64,000 bases of DNA from Scenedesmus sp. PABB004 (lineage: Eukaryota), in assembly GCA_014905635.1 (NCBI GenBank), contig JABVCE010000008.1, positions 186,001 to 250,000 of the forward strand, given 5' to 3'. This document shows, one piece after another, positions 25,354 through 38,358 of this stretch (positions are counted from its first letter, which is position 1; each line of letters opens with the position of its first letter). A program made the position numbers and the translations under genes. The notes under the pieces were generated by a model. The model was not told the origin of the DNA. It searched no databases and saw only the letters and a program-made list of their open reading frames with translations.

Positions 25354-27396
25354 TCACCAGCCCGTGGCGTCGCGCCTCGCCGCCGACTCGTCGAGCGTGC
25401 GGCGCTGCAGGTCGCGGAACGTCGCGCGCCCGCCGCCACGCCGCGCCGCCGCCTGCTTGCCGCCCGCCTTGCGCTGCTGCTGCTGCGTCTTGGCCGCGCC
25501 GCCCGACGCGGCCGCCATCCTGCCGCCCGGCCCGCGCACCGTGCTGGCGCCGGCGCGCTTGGCCGGTGTGGCCGCCGGCTGCCCCGCGTCGCCGCCGCCG
25601 TCGCAGCCTTCACCCTCGCCCTCGCCCTCGCCGCCCGCCGCGGCGCCCGTGGGACCGACTGGCGCGTCGATTGGCTGCCGGTACTCCGGCTTGGTGAAGA
25701 CCACCGCCGCGCCGCCGTCGTGGCGCAGCGTGCAGCCCTGCGCGAGCGGCACGGCGCGAGTGTGTGCGGTGCGCGCGTCGCTGCCGCGCCCGCGCGCTCG
25801 CCTCGGCCGCTGCGGCGGCCGCCGCGCGCCGGTGCGCCGCACCCGCGGCACCGGCACCAGGTCGTAGCCGCGCGCGTCCGCGAGCCCCGCCTCGGCCGCG
25901 CCGGCGCGCGCGGCGCGGATGGCGCGCACGTTGACCGCGCGCAGCGCCGCCAGGTCGCTGCCCACGACCCGGTGGGGGTAGGTTTGCCCCAGCTCGACCC
26001 CCGCGGCGGCGAGCGCCTCGGGCGGCGCCTCCCACGGCGCGTGCACGTGCGCGGGCGGCAGGCGCGCGAGCTCGGGCACCCAGCGCCGGATGTACGCGCC
26101 GGTCGGGTCCTGCGGGCCGCGGCGCCGCCGCCGCGTCGGCGCCGCGCCGCCGCCGCCCGCCCGCACGGGGCCACCCCCGCATGAACCTGGCGCCTGCGCT
26201 GCCCTGCTGCGCGCCGCGCCGCGCCGCGCCGCGCCGCGCCGCGCCTGCGCCTTGCTGGTGGGCAGCAGCGTGAAGCCCCACTGGTCCAGCCCGCTCTTGC
26301 CGGCGCTCTGCCACATCATGCTGTTGATCGCGGGGTCGGCGTCCACCAGCGTGTCGTGGAACCACCGCGCGCCTGCGCACGCGGGGGGCACGCAGCGACA
26401 CATGTGTGTGTGTGTTTGGGTGTGCGCACGCGCGCGGCGTCGGACGCGGGCGGCGCCCACGCGGCGTGCGCGGCGGCGGCGGCCAGCCCGGCGCCGCGCC
26501 GCGCCGCACCGTGCACCCAGGGCAGGTGCATGTACTCGGTCAGGCAGGCGGCCGCGACCATGCGCACGCTCTGCGGCATCCAGCCGGTCGCCCAGAGCTG
26601 GCGCATGCCTGCGGCGCCGCGGCGGGGGGGCGTGGGCGGCGCCGGGCGCGCGCGCGCACGACCCCGGGGCCGGCGGGGCCGCGGCGGCGTGGCGGCGGCG
26701 CGGCGCGCCCACCCGCGTCGACGAGCGGGAAGCCGGTGCGGCCCGCGCGCCACGCGGCGAGGCGCGCCGATGCCTCGGGCTCGGGGCACCACTCGACGCG
26801 GCTGCGGCGCGGCGTGGTGTGCGCGGCGCGCGGGGTCAGCCGCCGGCACCCAGGGTGCGGCGCGCGCGGGCGGGCGCCGGCGCGCTCGGCGCCCTGCTGC
26901 TGCACGCCCTGCGGCACCCCTATGGGTAGGGCTCACCCATAGAGCTCACGCACGGGCTGCGACGCGAGGGCGGGCCAGTGCGCCAGCTGCCAGTACGCCA
27001 GGTCGCGCCACACGAGGCGGCGGACAAAGGTCTTGGACACAGACTCGGCCCTGCGCAGCGACGCGGCCGGGCGCGTGACGGCGCAGCCCCCAGCACGGCC
27101 CTGCGGCGCCGCGCCCGCGGCGGCGGCCGGGCCGCGCGCTGCGGCGTCCGCCGCCGCGCCGCACCTCGCCGCGCGCAGGCGCTGCCACACCAGCCGCGCG
27201 CTGAGCAGGCCCCAGCGCAGGTATGGCGAGAGTCGCGACACCGCGCGCCCGTCGGCAAAGCTCCGCTGTGCCTCATACGCCGCCAGGCCGCCGCCGGGGC
27301 GCAGGAAGGACTCCAGCAGCGCCAGGCCGCCGCGCTCGCTGATTTCCCACGCGCCGCGCACGGGCGCGCCCCAGTCGACCAGCTCTCCAGGCTGCC

Positions 27397-27443
<47 letters not shown>

Positions 27444-29881
27444 TGCTGCTCCCCCTGCTGCTCCTGCTCCTGCTCTTGCTGCTGCTCCCCCGCCGCTGCG
27501 GGGGGTCCGAGGTTGGGCGTGCGTCCGCCGCCGCCGCGCCGCCGCCGGGGCGCCGCGTACATGCCCAGCTGCTGCAGCGTCAGGCTCGCGGCGCGCGCCG
27601 CGCCGCCCTGCGGCGCCACGGGCAGCGCCTTGGGCTCCGGCAGCGGCCCCGGCGGCGGCTTGAGCCGGCGCCACGCGCGGTGAAAGGGACTGAACGACCC
27701 AAAGTGCCCAACGAAGGGGCCGTCCAGGTCGAGCTGCACATCGGCCGGCTCCTGCAGCAGCGCGCCGGGGAAGCCCTGCACGTGCAGGCCGTCCGCCGCG
27801 AGCGCGGCCGCCACGGCGCCGTCGGCGGCGGCCGCCGCTGGCTCGTAGCGTCGGTTGTAGAAGACAGCGCCAGCGCCGACCGCCCCTGCGACCTGCGGCG
27901 CCGCGGCGGCGCAGCAGGCGCAGCAGCGCGGGCGTCGGCGGCGCGCGGCGATGCCGCAGCGCGGGCGTCGGCGGCGCGGCGACACTGCAGCACGGGCGGC
28001 AGCGCGCTGACCGGCCGCGCGGCCGCGGCGCGCAGCCCTCACCTCGCGCAGCGCGTCAGCGTACGGCCCCCGGCGCAGCACGAGGCCCGCGCCCGTGCCG
28101 TAGCGGGCGACCAGGTCGGAGCTCAGCGAGCCCAGCGCGGCCGACGCCCACAGGAGCGACGCGCCGCCGGGGCGCCAGCTGCGCGCGGCACGGCGAGGGC
28201 GCGGCGTGGGTGATGCGGGCGGCGGCGCCGCGGCCGCGCGCCGCCGCGACGCGGCGCCGGCCCGCGCACCTGCTGCCGCCGCTGCCGTCCGAGGGCGCGT
28301 GCGGGTCGTCGCCATCCTCGTCAGGCGAGTGCACGAAGACGCAAGTCACACCGCCGCCGCGCCGCGCCGCCCACTTGGCGGCCGCGTGCAGCGCCGGGTT
28401 GTCGTGGATGCGCAGGTCGGACCGGAACCACATCAGCGCGTTGGCCGGCGCGGCGCCGCCGGCCTCCGCCGCCGCCGCCGCGGCCGCCGCGGCGGCGCGC
28501 TTCTTGCCCACGACCTTCTTGGCCGGCCGCGCGCCGCGGCTGTTCGGGCTCAGCCCGTCCTCCAGGCCCAGGCCGGCCAGCGCGCTCTTGCGGCTCGTCG
28601 GGCGCTTGGCCGCCGCCGCCGCCGCGAGCTCGGCTGCGCTCGGCACGCTCACGCTGCCCGCGAGCCGCAGCAGGCGCGACCTGTCCAGCGCCTCCCAGCC
28701 CTTGAACTCGCGCAGCTCGCCGCCGCCGCCGCCGCCCTCGCCCTCCTCGTCCTCGCCCTCCTCAAACTCCTCCTCGTCCTCAAAACCCTCGTCCTCCTCC
28801 TCCTCGTCCTCATCCAGCTCCTCCTCCTCCTCGCCCAGCTCCTCCTCCTCCTCCTCCTCGGCCTCCTCCTGCTGCTCGCCCGCCTCCGCCAGCTCCGCCC
28901 CGCGCGCCGCTGCAGCTGGCACCGCCGACGCCGGCGGCACCAGCGGGGCGTCCGGCAGCACCCAGGGCTGCGCGGCGGCGCGGGCGGGCCGGCGAGCTCA
29001 GCGGCGCCAGCACGGGCGGCGCGGCGGCTGCAGTGTGCACGCGCCGGCCAAAGATCCGCCGCGACGGCGGCGGCTCACGTCGCGCGCGTGGCGCAGCAGC
29101 GCGAGCCGGGCCGCCGGCGCGGGCACCACCAGGGCCATCTGCACAAACAGCTCGTCCGCGACGCGGCGCGGCGCGGCGGCGAGGAGACCGAAGAAGCGGT
29201 CAGCAAACTCCGCCGCGTCGATGGACCCCGCCCTGCGCGCGGCGCGGCGGTGACACGCGGCGCGCCCCGCTCGGCTGCGCAGCCAGGCGCCGCGCGCCGC
29301 GCGGCCCGAGCGCAGCAGCGGCCGGCAGCTGGTGCAGCAGCTGGTGCAGTGGCGGGGCTCACATGAAGTCCCGCCCGTCCGCCTTGACCAGGTCAAACGC
29401 CACCGGGTCACCGCCGGGGCCGGCCAGCACCGACCGCAGGCGCGCCTGCAGCGCTCTGTTGCAGCCGCCGACGGTGGCAGGCAGCAGCGGCGACCACGCG
29501 CAGGCGATCAGCGCCACGTCGCGCGGCGCCAGGCTCGCGGCGGGGCGCCCCGCGGCGGCGGCCGCCGCGAGCGCGCGCGCGGCGGCCTCCGGCGGAATTG
29601 GCCACGTGGGCTGCTGCGGCGCGCCGGCGCCGCCGCTGCCGGCGGCTGCCAGGGCGACGCGCGGCCGCCGCGCCGCCTGCGCAGCCTGGCGGCAGCGAGC
29701 GGTTGTGAGGCCGCCGCGTGAGCGGCGGCGCCGCCCCCAGAGCGAGCGGCGACGCTCGCGGCGCAGTCCCCACCTGGCCAGGAAGGCGACAGGGCACGGG
29801 CGGGGCGCAGAGCCGCGCGACTGCCGCGCGGGCGGCGCCGCCGCTGCCGGCCCCGCGGTGCTGCTGCCGCTGCAGCAGCAT
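25354..29881 (-). CDS. Cryptochrome/photolyase family protein (plant-CRY-like/CryP-type) with N-terminal extension
   Basis: ALMWFRSDLRIHDNPAL, VFYNRRYEP, SRLSPYLRWGLLSAR, FVRRLVWRDLAYW, WRAGRTGFPLVDA|GMRQLWATGWM, WFHDTLVDADPAINSMMWQSAGKSGLDQW and DPTGAYIRRWVPEL. Upstream exons (29881-29773, 29685-29362, 29232-29078) splice in frame. E-rich tract at about 28740-28880. Confidence 0.9.
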
Positions 29882-30630
29882 GGCGGCTCGCTCGCTGGGG
29901 GCGCTGGCTGAGCCGCGCTGTGTGCGCACGGGGCCTCGCGGGCTGCGCTGGGACGGCGCGCCAGCGGGACGGGCGCGAGCAGCGGCGCCGGCGAGTGCGC
30001 GCGCCTGCCTGCGCGCTCAATCGGCCGCGCGGGCGAGACCTCCGCCTGCCGTCTAGCCGCCGAACACCGTCTGTTGCAGGCCACGCGGCCCACGCGCCGC
30101 CAGGGCGCACGATGAACCCGCCTGCGCGCCTTCCCGCGCCTGCGCGGCGCTCCAGCTTCGCTCGACACGCACGACACACACACACTCGGCACACACGAAA
30201 ACCGCACCAATCGAAGGCAGCAGCAGCAGTCCGAGAGTGCAGCGAGTGATGCCCCCGCTGGGCAGTGCAGAGTGCTGGCGCGTGCGGGCGTCGGCGGCGC
30301 CCTGTGTCCGTGTGCGCCTGCGCGGCGCACGTGGAACCTCTCTCTCAGTGTGAGTGCAGCGCGCGAGCGCGGCCGTCCAGGGACGGCACGTGCGGGGGGC
30401 GCACGCCCCCCGAGCATGAACGACCGAGAGTGCAGGGTGTCGGCAGGGTGTCAGTGCGCAGGACGGCGGCCGCGCCCCCATCCCTCCCTCGCGCGGGCCA
30501 AGTTGGGTTGACGTGCTCGAGGCGATGCGACCGGCCAAGCAGCGCGGGGGGCAAACCACACAGTGCGCAGCTGCCCAGCTCGAGAGGCGGGGGCGCCGCC
30601 GCACCCCTCGCTCCCCACACCAAACAGCGC

Positions 30631-31945
30631 CTAGGCGCCCGCGCCGCCGAGCGCGCGCGCGAGCATCGGCAGCAGCCGCTCCGGGCGCAGCCGCACGTGT
30701 GCGTTGTACAGCCACCAGCGCCGCGCGGCGGGCGGCCAGCGCGGGTGCCACACGCCGGGCCACACCTCCACCTCGTACTGAGAAGGGTCCTCATAGGGCA
30801 CCTCGTAGCGCTCAAAGGTCAGCCAAGAGAGCGGGAACCAGCGGTCGAGCTCATGGAAGCTCGTCCAGTCGGTGCGGCCGGGGGCCTGCGGCGAGCCGAC
30901 GACCACCGCCGTCGCGCCGGGGGGGAGGAAGATCAGGCGGAACGCACTGCTGCCCTGCGTGGACACAAACACGCGCGCGGCGCCCAGCAGCTCGAGCTGC
31001 TCTCGGAACGTTGGAAGGTCCCGCAGGCGCGCCGCGACGACGCGCGCGCGCGGCAGCGCGGCGCTGATGTTGGCCGCGAGGTCGTCGACGTCGAGAATCA
31101 TGCGCCGGTCGCGCGCGGGGCCGGCGCCGTGGCGCTTGTCGTTCAGCAGCACCAGCGGCGCGCCGCTGGCGCCGGGCGGGGCCCCGCGCAGCGCCGCGGG
31201 CAGCACGCCGCCGCGGCGCGGCGGGTCCGGCTCGGGCAGGCCGTTGAGCTGCGGCGGGCGGGCGGGCGGTCAGCGCAGCGCGGCAAGGGGCGGGGCGCGC
31301 GGCGGCGCCCCGCCCGCGCCGCCGCCGGCGCGCCGCGCGCCTCACCTGCAGCACGTGCCGCCGAAACGCCCACCAGTTGGCCGAGCTGAAGAAGCTGGCG
31401 CCTGCCTGGTACGCCCGCGCCTGGGGCTGCTCGCTGTTGGCCAGGCTCGCGCGGCTCGCGGCCTGGTACCCGCCGTCACCGAGCAGCACGGCGTCAAAGC
31501 ACACGCCGTGCGCGCCCGCGCCGGCGGCGCCGGCCAGCGCCTCGGCCAGCAGCGCGACGCGCGGCGCGACCATCTCTGACAGCACGCGCGGGAGCACCGG
31601 CTCCGTCCAGCGCCGCGCTGCGAGGATGGAGAGGCTGGCGGGCAGGCCGTCAGGGAAGTGGTCCTGCGGCGGCGAGGACGTTGGCGGCGGCGAGCGGCGA
31701 GCGGCGGCCGCGCGGCTCGCACGTCGGCGCCGGGGCGCGTGCCCGCACGCGCGCTTGTGCCGCACCTGCAGGGCCATGAAGAGCGGAAAGGCCTCGTTGA
31801 CGAGCGCGTGACCAAAGCTCCCCTGGTTCGACTCCACCACGCGCCACAGCACGGTCAGCGCGCGCTCGCGCAGGAAGCCGCCGGCGTCGGCGTCGGCGGC
31901 GGCGGTGGTGATCACGCGCGCGGCGCTGCTCGCGGCCAGGCCGCC

Positions 31946-31976
<31 letters not shown>

Positions 31977-32699
31977 GCGGCGTCGCCGCCGTGGCGGCCG
32001 CCGCGGCCGCGGCCGTCGTCGCCGCTCCCGTCGTCGCCAGCAACCTCCAGCGGCGAGAACATGACCTTTTGAAACATGCCCTCCGCCAGCCGCTCCACGT
32101 GCGTGCGCAGCAGCGCGTCGTGCTCGCCCGGCGCCGCGCGGGGCGGGCGCCACCACACGTGCAGCTGCAGCGCCTCGCCGCGGCTGCTCGCGGTGGCGAG
32201 GCCGAGGCACAGGTTGGTGATCACGCACGTCTGCTTGCTGATGGTGGCCGCCGCACAGGCCGCGGCCGAGCGCGGCAGCGCGCGCGGGTCGGCGTCGGCC
32301 GCGCCGCCGAGGCGCGCCGCCCAGTCCGGCACGGCGCCGCTGCCGCCCTCCGCCGCCGCGCGCGCGGCCCACTCGGTGACGGTGCCTGCGGCAGCGGCAG
32401 GGGTGTCGTGTCTCGCGTTTTGCGCGGGGGGGGGGGTCAGGCGGCTGGTGCGGCGGCAGCAGCGACCGCCGATGCCGCGCACCCGCCGCCGCCGCCTGCA
32501 GCCCGCGCCGGCCGGCGGCGGCCGCAGGGCCGACCGCGAGACCCTCAGCTCCCCAGCAGCCCGCGCACGCGCCCAGCAGGATGGCCGTGACGAGGACGGC
32601 GTGCGCCGACAGCTGGCTTCTCGCCCGCCCGCAGCTCCCTCTGCGCCCGCCGAGCGCGCCGGCCGCCCCGCCGGCCCGCGGTGAGGAGACGATCGCCAT
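30631..32699 (-). CDS. Glycosyltransferase family 61 (DUF563) protein
   Basis: N-terminal hydrophobic anchor (AHAVLVTAILLGACAG), QTCVITNLC, FGHALVNEAFPLF, VCFDAVLLG and FREQLELLGAARVFVSTQGSSAFRLIFLPPGATAV (GT61 signature, EQ...VG.HGA variant). Three GT-AG introns. Confidence 0.8.
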
Positions 32700-33092
32700 G
32701 GCGGTCGTGAGGCGCGATCCGCGGGGTGCCGGCAGCCGGTAGCGGCCGCCGAATCAAACGGCCGCGGCGTGAGGGCGCGCTGCTGCTGCCCTCACGCCGC
32801 TGTGCTGGAGGAGAGCGGGCCTGGCGGGGGGACGCGCAGGTGCGGGCGGGCTTGAGAGGAGCAGCACGATCGGACTGCGTTACGCGCGGCGCCCGCCCGG
32901 GGTTGAAGCGCTTGACGTCAGCCCCGCGCTCGCCGCCGCCTGGCCACCCGCACGGCGGCGCCTCGCAGCCCCAGCTCCCTCACCGCTCAGCTCGCCGCCC
33001 CTGCGCGCACAATCAGACAAGCGCACGGGCTTGGTCACGCTGCATCGGTCCGCGCGGCGCGGTGCCGTGCGCGCAGCACCGCGCCAGCATGC

Positions 33093-34224
33093 TCAGGCGG
33101 CGACCACCTGCACCGCGACGCTGCCCTTCACGCCACCGAACGCCGCCGTCACGCGCGCCGCGCCCGCCGTGCGCCCGGTGCAGCGCACCGTGGCGACGCC
33201 CGCGCGGCTGAGCCGCGGCGCGGCGGGCAGGCAGCGCAGCGCCGCGCGGGGCGCCACCGACAGCAGCACCGTCCGCGAGGCCGCGTCGGCCGGGAGCTGC
33301 ACCCCGGTCGCGCGCAGGGTGAGGACGACGACCGCGTTGACGGCCACGGTCGGCGCGGCCGCCTTCACCGTGAGCGCCGCCGTCGGCGGCGGGCCTGCGC
33401 GCGGTCGCGGCGGCGGCGGGCGCAGGCGCCGTCAGCAGCGCGCGCCGCGCGGGGCGCTGCCGGGGGCCCCACCACCCGCCCGTCTGTGCAGGCGCCCGCG
33501 GCGGCGCCGCGCGCGTGGCGCTGCTGCTCACACAGGCTCGTGTCGCACGCGCTGCCGAGGGGCATCGTCGTCGTCGCGGTGCGCACGGGGACGCCAAAGT
33601 AATTGGGTCCGATGTACGCGGCGCTGAACTTCACGGGGGCCGTGGTCCCGCAGCGCACCACAAACGCGTGCGACGTCGTGTTGCCGTTGGCGTCGCTCGC
33701 GCAGCCGGGCAGGCCGCTCAACTTGCAGTGGCACGCGCGGCCCTTGCAGCCCGGCGACGACGCACAAGGGGTCGCGAAGTCGGCCCCGGACGCGACCACG
33801 AGATGGTGGCTGCCGGGGGCAGGGAAGGCCAGCTCGACGACGGCGGGGGCGCCGGGGCAGAGCGACGTCGCGAGCGCGCCGTCGGGCGTGCGGAAGGAAA
33901 AGCCCAGCGCGCCGCTGAGCCGGGCGGCATGCGGCGGCGGCGGCGGCGGCGGCGGCGTCAGCAGGGCACCTCAGCCGCCCGGCTGCGCTGCGTGCGCGCG
34001 GCGGCGCCCGCGCACCCGTCGTCGACGGGCGGCTGGTTGTGCGGCGCAAACTGCATGTCTGCCGCTGTCGGCAGCCGCTCACAGTCCTTGGGGCCGGCGT
34101 GGATGCCGGCCCACAAGGCCGGGTAGGCCGCCGCCGGCGCTGCGGCGAGGGCGAGCAGCAGCAGCGCCGCCGCCGGTGCCGCCAGCACGGCGCCGGCCGG
34201 CGGGGCGCGTTGGCGAGGCGCCAT
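33093..34224 (-). CDS. Secreted protein: signal peptide, Cys-rich domain, C-terminal bacterial Ig-like domain
   Basis: Signal peptide ..AALLLLALAAAPAAA-YP. Exon 2 is Cys-rich (CPG..C..C..CHC..C..C..C..C). Exon 3 reads LTVKAAAPTVAVNAVVVLTL...GVATVRCTGRTAGAARVTAAFGGVKGSVAVQV, which is Big_1/Big_2-like. Three exons splice in frame. Confidence 0.65.
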
Positions 34225-34651
34225 GGCGAGGGCTGCTGTGAACGCGCGAGGGCCGGTCCCCGCTGGTGCAGCAGGCGCCCGCGGGTTGGGCACCGCGTTG
34301 GGCGTCCGCCTGAGCTCGCGCGGGTGACAGCGGATCGGGCGGGCGGGCGGCCTGCGAGTGGGTGGAGCGGCGCGGCAGGCGGGCGGGCTGGCCTGCGCGG
34401 CGCGGCGCGCAGAGAGAAGTAGACAGGAAGGCGCGGCGGCGAGTCGCCGGCGGCGAGGGTCCTAATTCACCTGCGGCCGACGTCGCGGAGTGCAGCCCGC
34501 CACGAATTACCCACACTGCGGCCGCCGCGCGCCGCCGCGGGGCGGCGTCACCGCCGCGACCGCCGCCGTCGCCGCGGGGCAGGCGCGCGGGCGCCAGCGC
34601 ACGTCCGCAGGTTCACACCCATCGCGCCACCAGCACCAACTCGCCGTCCCC

Positions 34652-37600
34652 TCACGCGGCGGCAGCGTCGATGGCGACGTGCACGGCGGCGTGGACGAGG
34701 TCAAGCAGCCAACTCCCTTCAAAGCCGCGCGCCGCGGCCCACGCGCCGCGCTCGCCGCCGCCGCCGCCGCGCTCGCCCGCGCTGCCGGCGCCGGCCGCGG
34801 CGCGCACCGCCGCCGCCGCCGCGAGCGCCGCGCTCGCCGCGCGGGGGGACTCGAACCGCGCCACGAGGCGCCCGTCGGGCGCGACGCTGCGCAGCTGCGC
34901 GGGCGCGCGCGCGTCGGGCGCGGCGAGCTCGGCGTCGACGCTCGCCTCAACGTCCAGATGCAGCCGCCAGCTGTGGCGGGCCTGCAGCTCGAGCAGCGCC
35001 GTGAAGGTGGCGGCGCCCCCGCGCTCAAACCGCGTCTGCGCGCCGGCGGCGGCCGCGTCGGCGGCGGTCAGCGCACGCCCCCTGGCTCGCGCCCCGTGGC
35101 TCGCGGCCGACCCACCTTGGTGCCGCCGTCGGCGGCCCTGTCGCCGAGCGTGACCGTCGTCACGCCGCCGACGAGCGGGCGGAGCTCCGGGTTCTTGAGC
35201 AGCTGGCCCAGGCTCGCCCCGTGCGCGGTGCCGATCAGGATCACGCCGCGCTGCGAGATCGTGCGCGCGGCCGCCACCTCCTGCGTGTGCGAGGCATGCC
35301 GGCGGCCGCGGTCAGCCATCGGCAGGCCGCAGGCAGCTGCAGCGCCAGGCCCGGTGCGCGCACCTCCTTGGTGCCGATCTCGTCGACGATGATGACGTCG
35401 GGCGTGTGGTTCTGCACCGCCTCCACCAGCACCGCCGCCTGCTCCTCGCGGCGGCGCACCATCAGGCGCCGCGCGTGGCCGACGCAGGGGTGGCGCTGCT
35501 CCGCGTCGCCTGGGGGGCAGCGGGCGCGGGGGCAGCAGGTCGGGCGGGCCGACGGCAGCCTGCGCGGCTGCCACCTGCCAGGCTGCCGCCGCTCAAGCGA
35601 GCTCTCTCTGGCCCCTGTCGGCGCGCACCCGCGATCTCGTTGCTCGTGTCCACGATGACCACCGCCAGCCCGAGGCCGCCCTCCTCCGGCGGCAGGCTCA
35701 GCAGGCGCGCGCAGTCGCGCAGCAGTGTGGTCTTGCCGGTGCCTGCGGCGCGCGGCCGGCGGCGCGCGGAGTCGGGCCCGCCGGCCCCACAGCGCCGCCC
35801 GCGAGCAGGTCACCGCGGCCGCACGCGCGCCCAGCGGCGCGCCTGGGCGACCGAGCAGGAGCAGGCTCTGCTGGCGCTCGGCGGCGCCGCTGAGCGAGGC
35901 CTTGAGCCAGCTCAGCACGTCGGCCAGGAGCGAGGCGACGCCCGGGACGTGGCGCCCGACGCGGAAGGTCAGCCCGGTGATGCCGCCGCCGCGGTCGCGC
36001 ATGGCGCTGATGCGGTGCAGCTGCCCCGGCACGCCCAGCCGGTTGTCGCTGCCCCAGGGGAGGTCCCACTGCTGCTCCCCCGCGCCGTCGCCCGCCGCAC
36101 CGTCGCCCGCCGCGCCGTCGCCCGCCGCGCCGTCGCCCGCCGCGCCGTCGCCCGCGGCCCACCGCTGGCGCGCCTGCGCCAGGCAGGCGAGCGCCTCGCC
36201 GACGCCCACGTCGGTGGCCAGCCGCACGCTGCTGCGGTCGGCGCGCCGCAGCGTGACCGGCTCGCCGTGGTCAATGATGACCTCCACCAGCTGCGGCTCC
36301 ACGGCGGCGTTCAGGTACGGCACAAGGTCGGCGGCGAGCCTGCGCGGCGGGCCGAGGCGGCAGCGCGTGTGATCAGCCGGGTCAGCTGGTGTGCGACGGG
36401 GAGCTCGGGAGCCGCGGCGCGTGACGTCCTGGCCTCCGGCTGCACGCTGATGGGCGAGCGCCACACGCGCGCGCACCTCGGGGGCAGCAGCTCGGCCATG
36501 CTGGCCACCGCGCCGTCGACGTTGCCGGCCGCAGGCAGCGCCAGCGCCGCCGCCGCCGCCTCGCCGCCGCCGTCGCCCGCCGCGGCCAGCAGCGCGGCGC
36601 TGCCCGACACGCCCCCGAGCGCGCAGCCACCAACGGCCTCGCCGCCACCGCCCGCCACGCCGCCGCCGCTGGGGGCGTGGTCGTCGCTGAGGAGTACCAC
36701 CAGGTCACCCGCGAACCAGCCCGGCCGCGGCGCCGACAGCCGCAGCTCAAACGCCAGGCTCGTCAGCCCCGGCCGCGCCGGCGCCGGCGCGTCGCCCACG
36801 GGCGTGAGCAGCGGGGCGTAGCCCCGCACCAGCCCCGGGCGCAGCTCGAGCCCGTCCCCGACGCGCTGCGTGAGCAGCGCCTGCACGTCCCCCAGGCGCA
36901 GCAGCGCGGCCGGCAGCTGGCGCAGCAGCGCGCCCGCGAGCGGCAGGAGCCAGCGCACGTCGTCGGCGGCGTAGCCCACCGCCTCGGGCGGCAGCGGCCG
37001 CGCCCGCCAGAGCCTGCGGCGGCGCACGGGCGGCGGCGGCGGTGTGAGCTCGGGGCGCGCGGCGCGCGCGGCACGCGCCCAGCCAGCGGCGGCCGCCGCG
37101 CGCGCGCCGCGCCGGCAGACCTCGGGTTTGCCACAAAGCTGGCGGCCATGTTCGCCTTGCTGTCGTGCGGGAAGCCGTGCGCGGCGAGCAGCCGCCCCAG
37201 GCCGGCGCGCGCGCAGGAGCGGCCGGCGCCGCCCTCGCCGGCCGCCGCGCCGAGCGCGGCGAGGCCGGCCAGGAGCTGCGTGTCGAGCACGCCGCGCAGG
37301 GAGACGCCGGCGTCGGCGAGCAGGCAGCTGTCGCGCCGCGCGTCGTGCATGACCTTGACCAGGGCGCCGTCCGACAGCTTGCCCGCGAGCTCCGACAGCG
37401 CGGCCGCCGCCGCGGCGCCGCGGCCGGCCGGGAGTTCGACCAGGTAGATCGACGCGGCCCAGCCGGGCGCGGCCGAGCCCGCGGCGGCCGGCGCGGCCGG
37501 CACAAAGAGCTGGAGCAGCGCAAGCTCGTCGTCGCGCGCGCCGGCGACGGCGCCGGCGGCCTGCGCAAACTCGGCGTCCAGGCCCACCACCGTGACCGCG

Positions 37601-38327
37601 TCCAGGTGGCGCGCCAGGCGCGCGCGCGCCGTGGCGTCGGCCTCGCCGACCACCACCGTTGGCGCGCAGGCGCAGTCGGCCGCCGTCAGCTCCGCCAGCA
37701 GGCCCAGGCCCTCGGGCAGCGGCAGCGCGCTCGGCGCCGCCGCCGCCGGAGGGCTGCCGCCGCTGCCGCCGGCGGGCGCGGCCCCGCCCGCCTCCTTGGG
37801 CATGTTGGAGGCCGCCGACGCCTCAAACAGCGTGGTCGCTGCCGCCGATGCAGCCGTCGCCGAGGAGGTGGACGAGGCGCAGGCCGTGCCTGGCTTGGCT
37901 GTCTTGGCGGCAAGCGCGGCGTTAAACGTCGCTAACAGCGATACGGCCCCGCCCGCCTTGGGCGTCTTGGTCGCAGCCCTCGCCTCAAGCAGCGCGTCTG
38001 CCGCCTCCTCCGCCGCTGCCTCCGCCGCGGCATCTGCTGTAGCCTCCGAGGCCGCCGCGTCACGCAGCAGGAGCGCGATGTCGAGGCGCACGTGCTGCGC
38101 CGGCCCGAACATAAATGTGCTGAGCCAGCGGTCGCCCGCGAGCGCCGCCGCGATGCTGCCATAGGGCTTGGGCGCGTGCGGTCCGCGTCCCTTGCGCCAA
38201 GCCTGCAGCATCGTCTCGCCTGCGGCAGCGACGGGCGAGGCGGGCGGGCCGCGCGTCACGCGCAGCGCGGTCGATTGGACGCCTGGGCAGGCGGCGCTGC
38301 CGCCACCGGCAGCGCCGGCACCAGGCG

Positions 38328-38358
<31 letters not shown>

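Noticed and set aside
36084..36156. Short direct repeats here and at 10592-10637 and 56204-56302 as possible CRISPR arrays
   Set aside because: There are no unique spacers and no cas genes, and the context is eukaryotic. They are simple tandem repeats.
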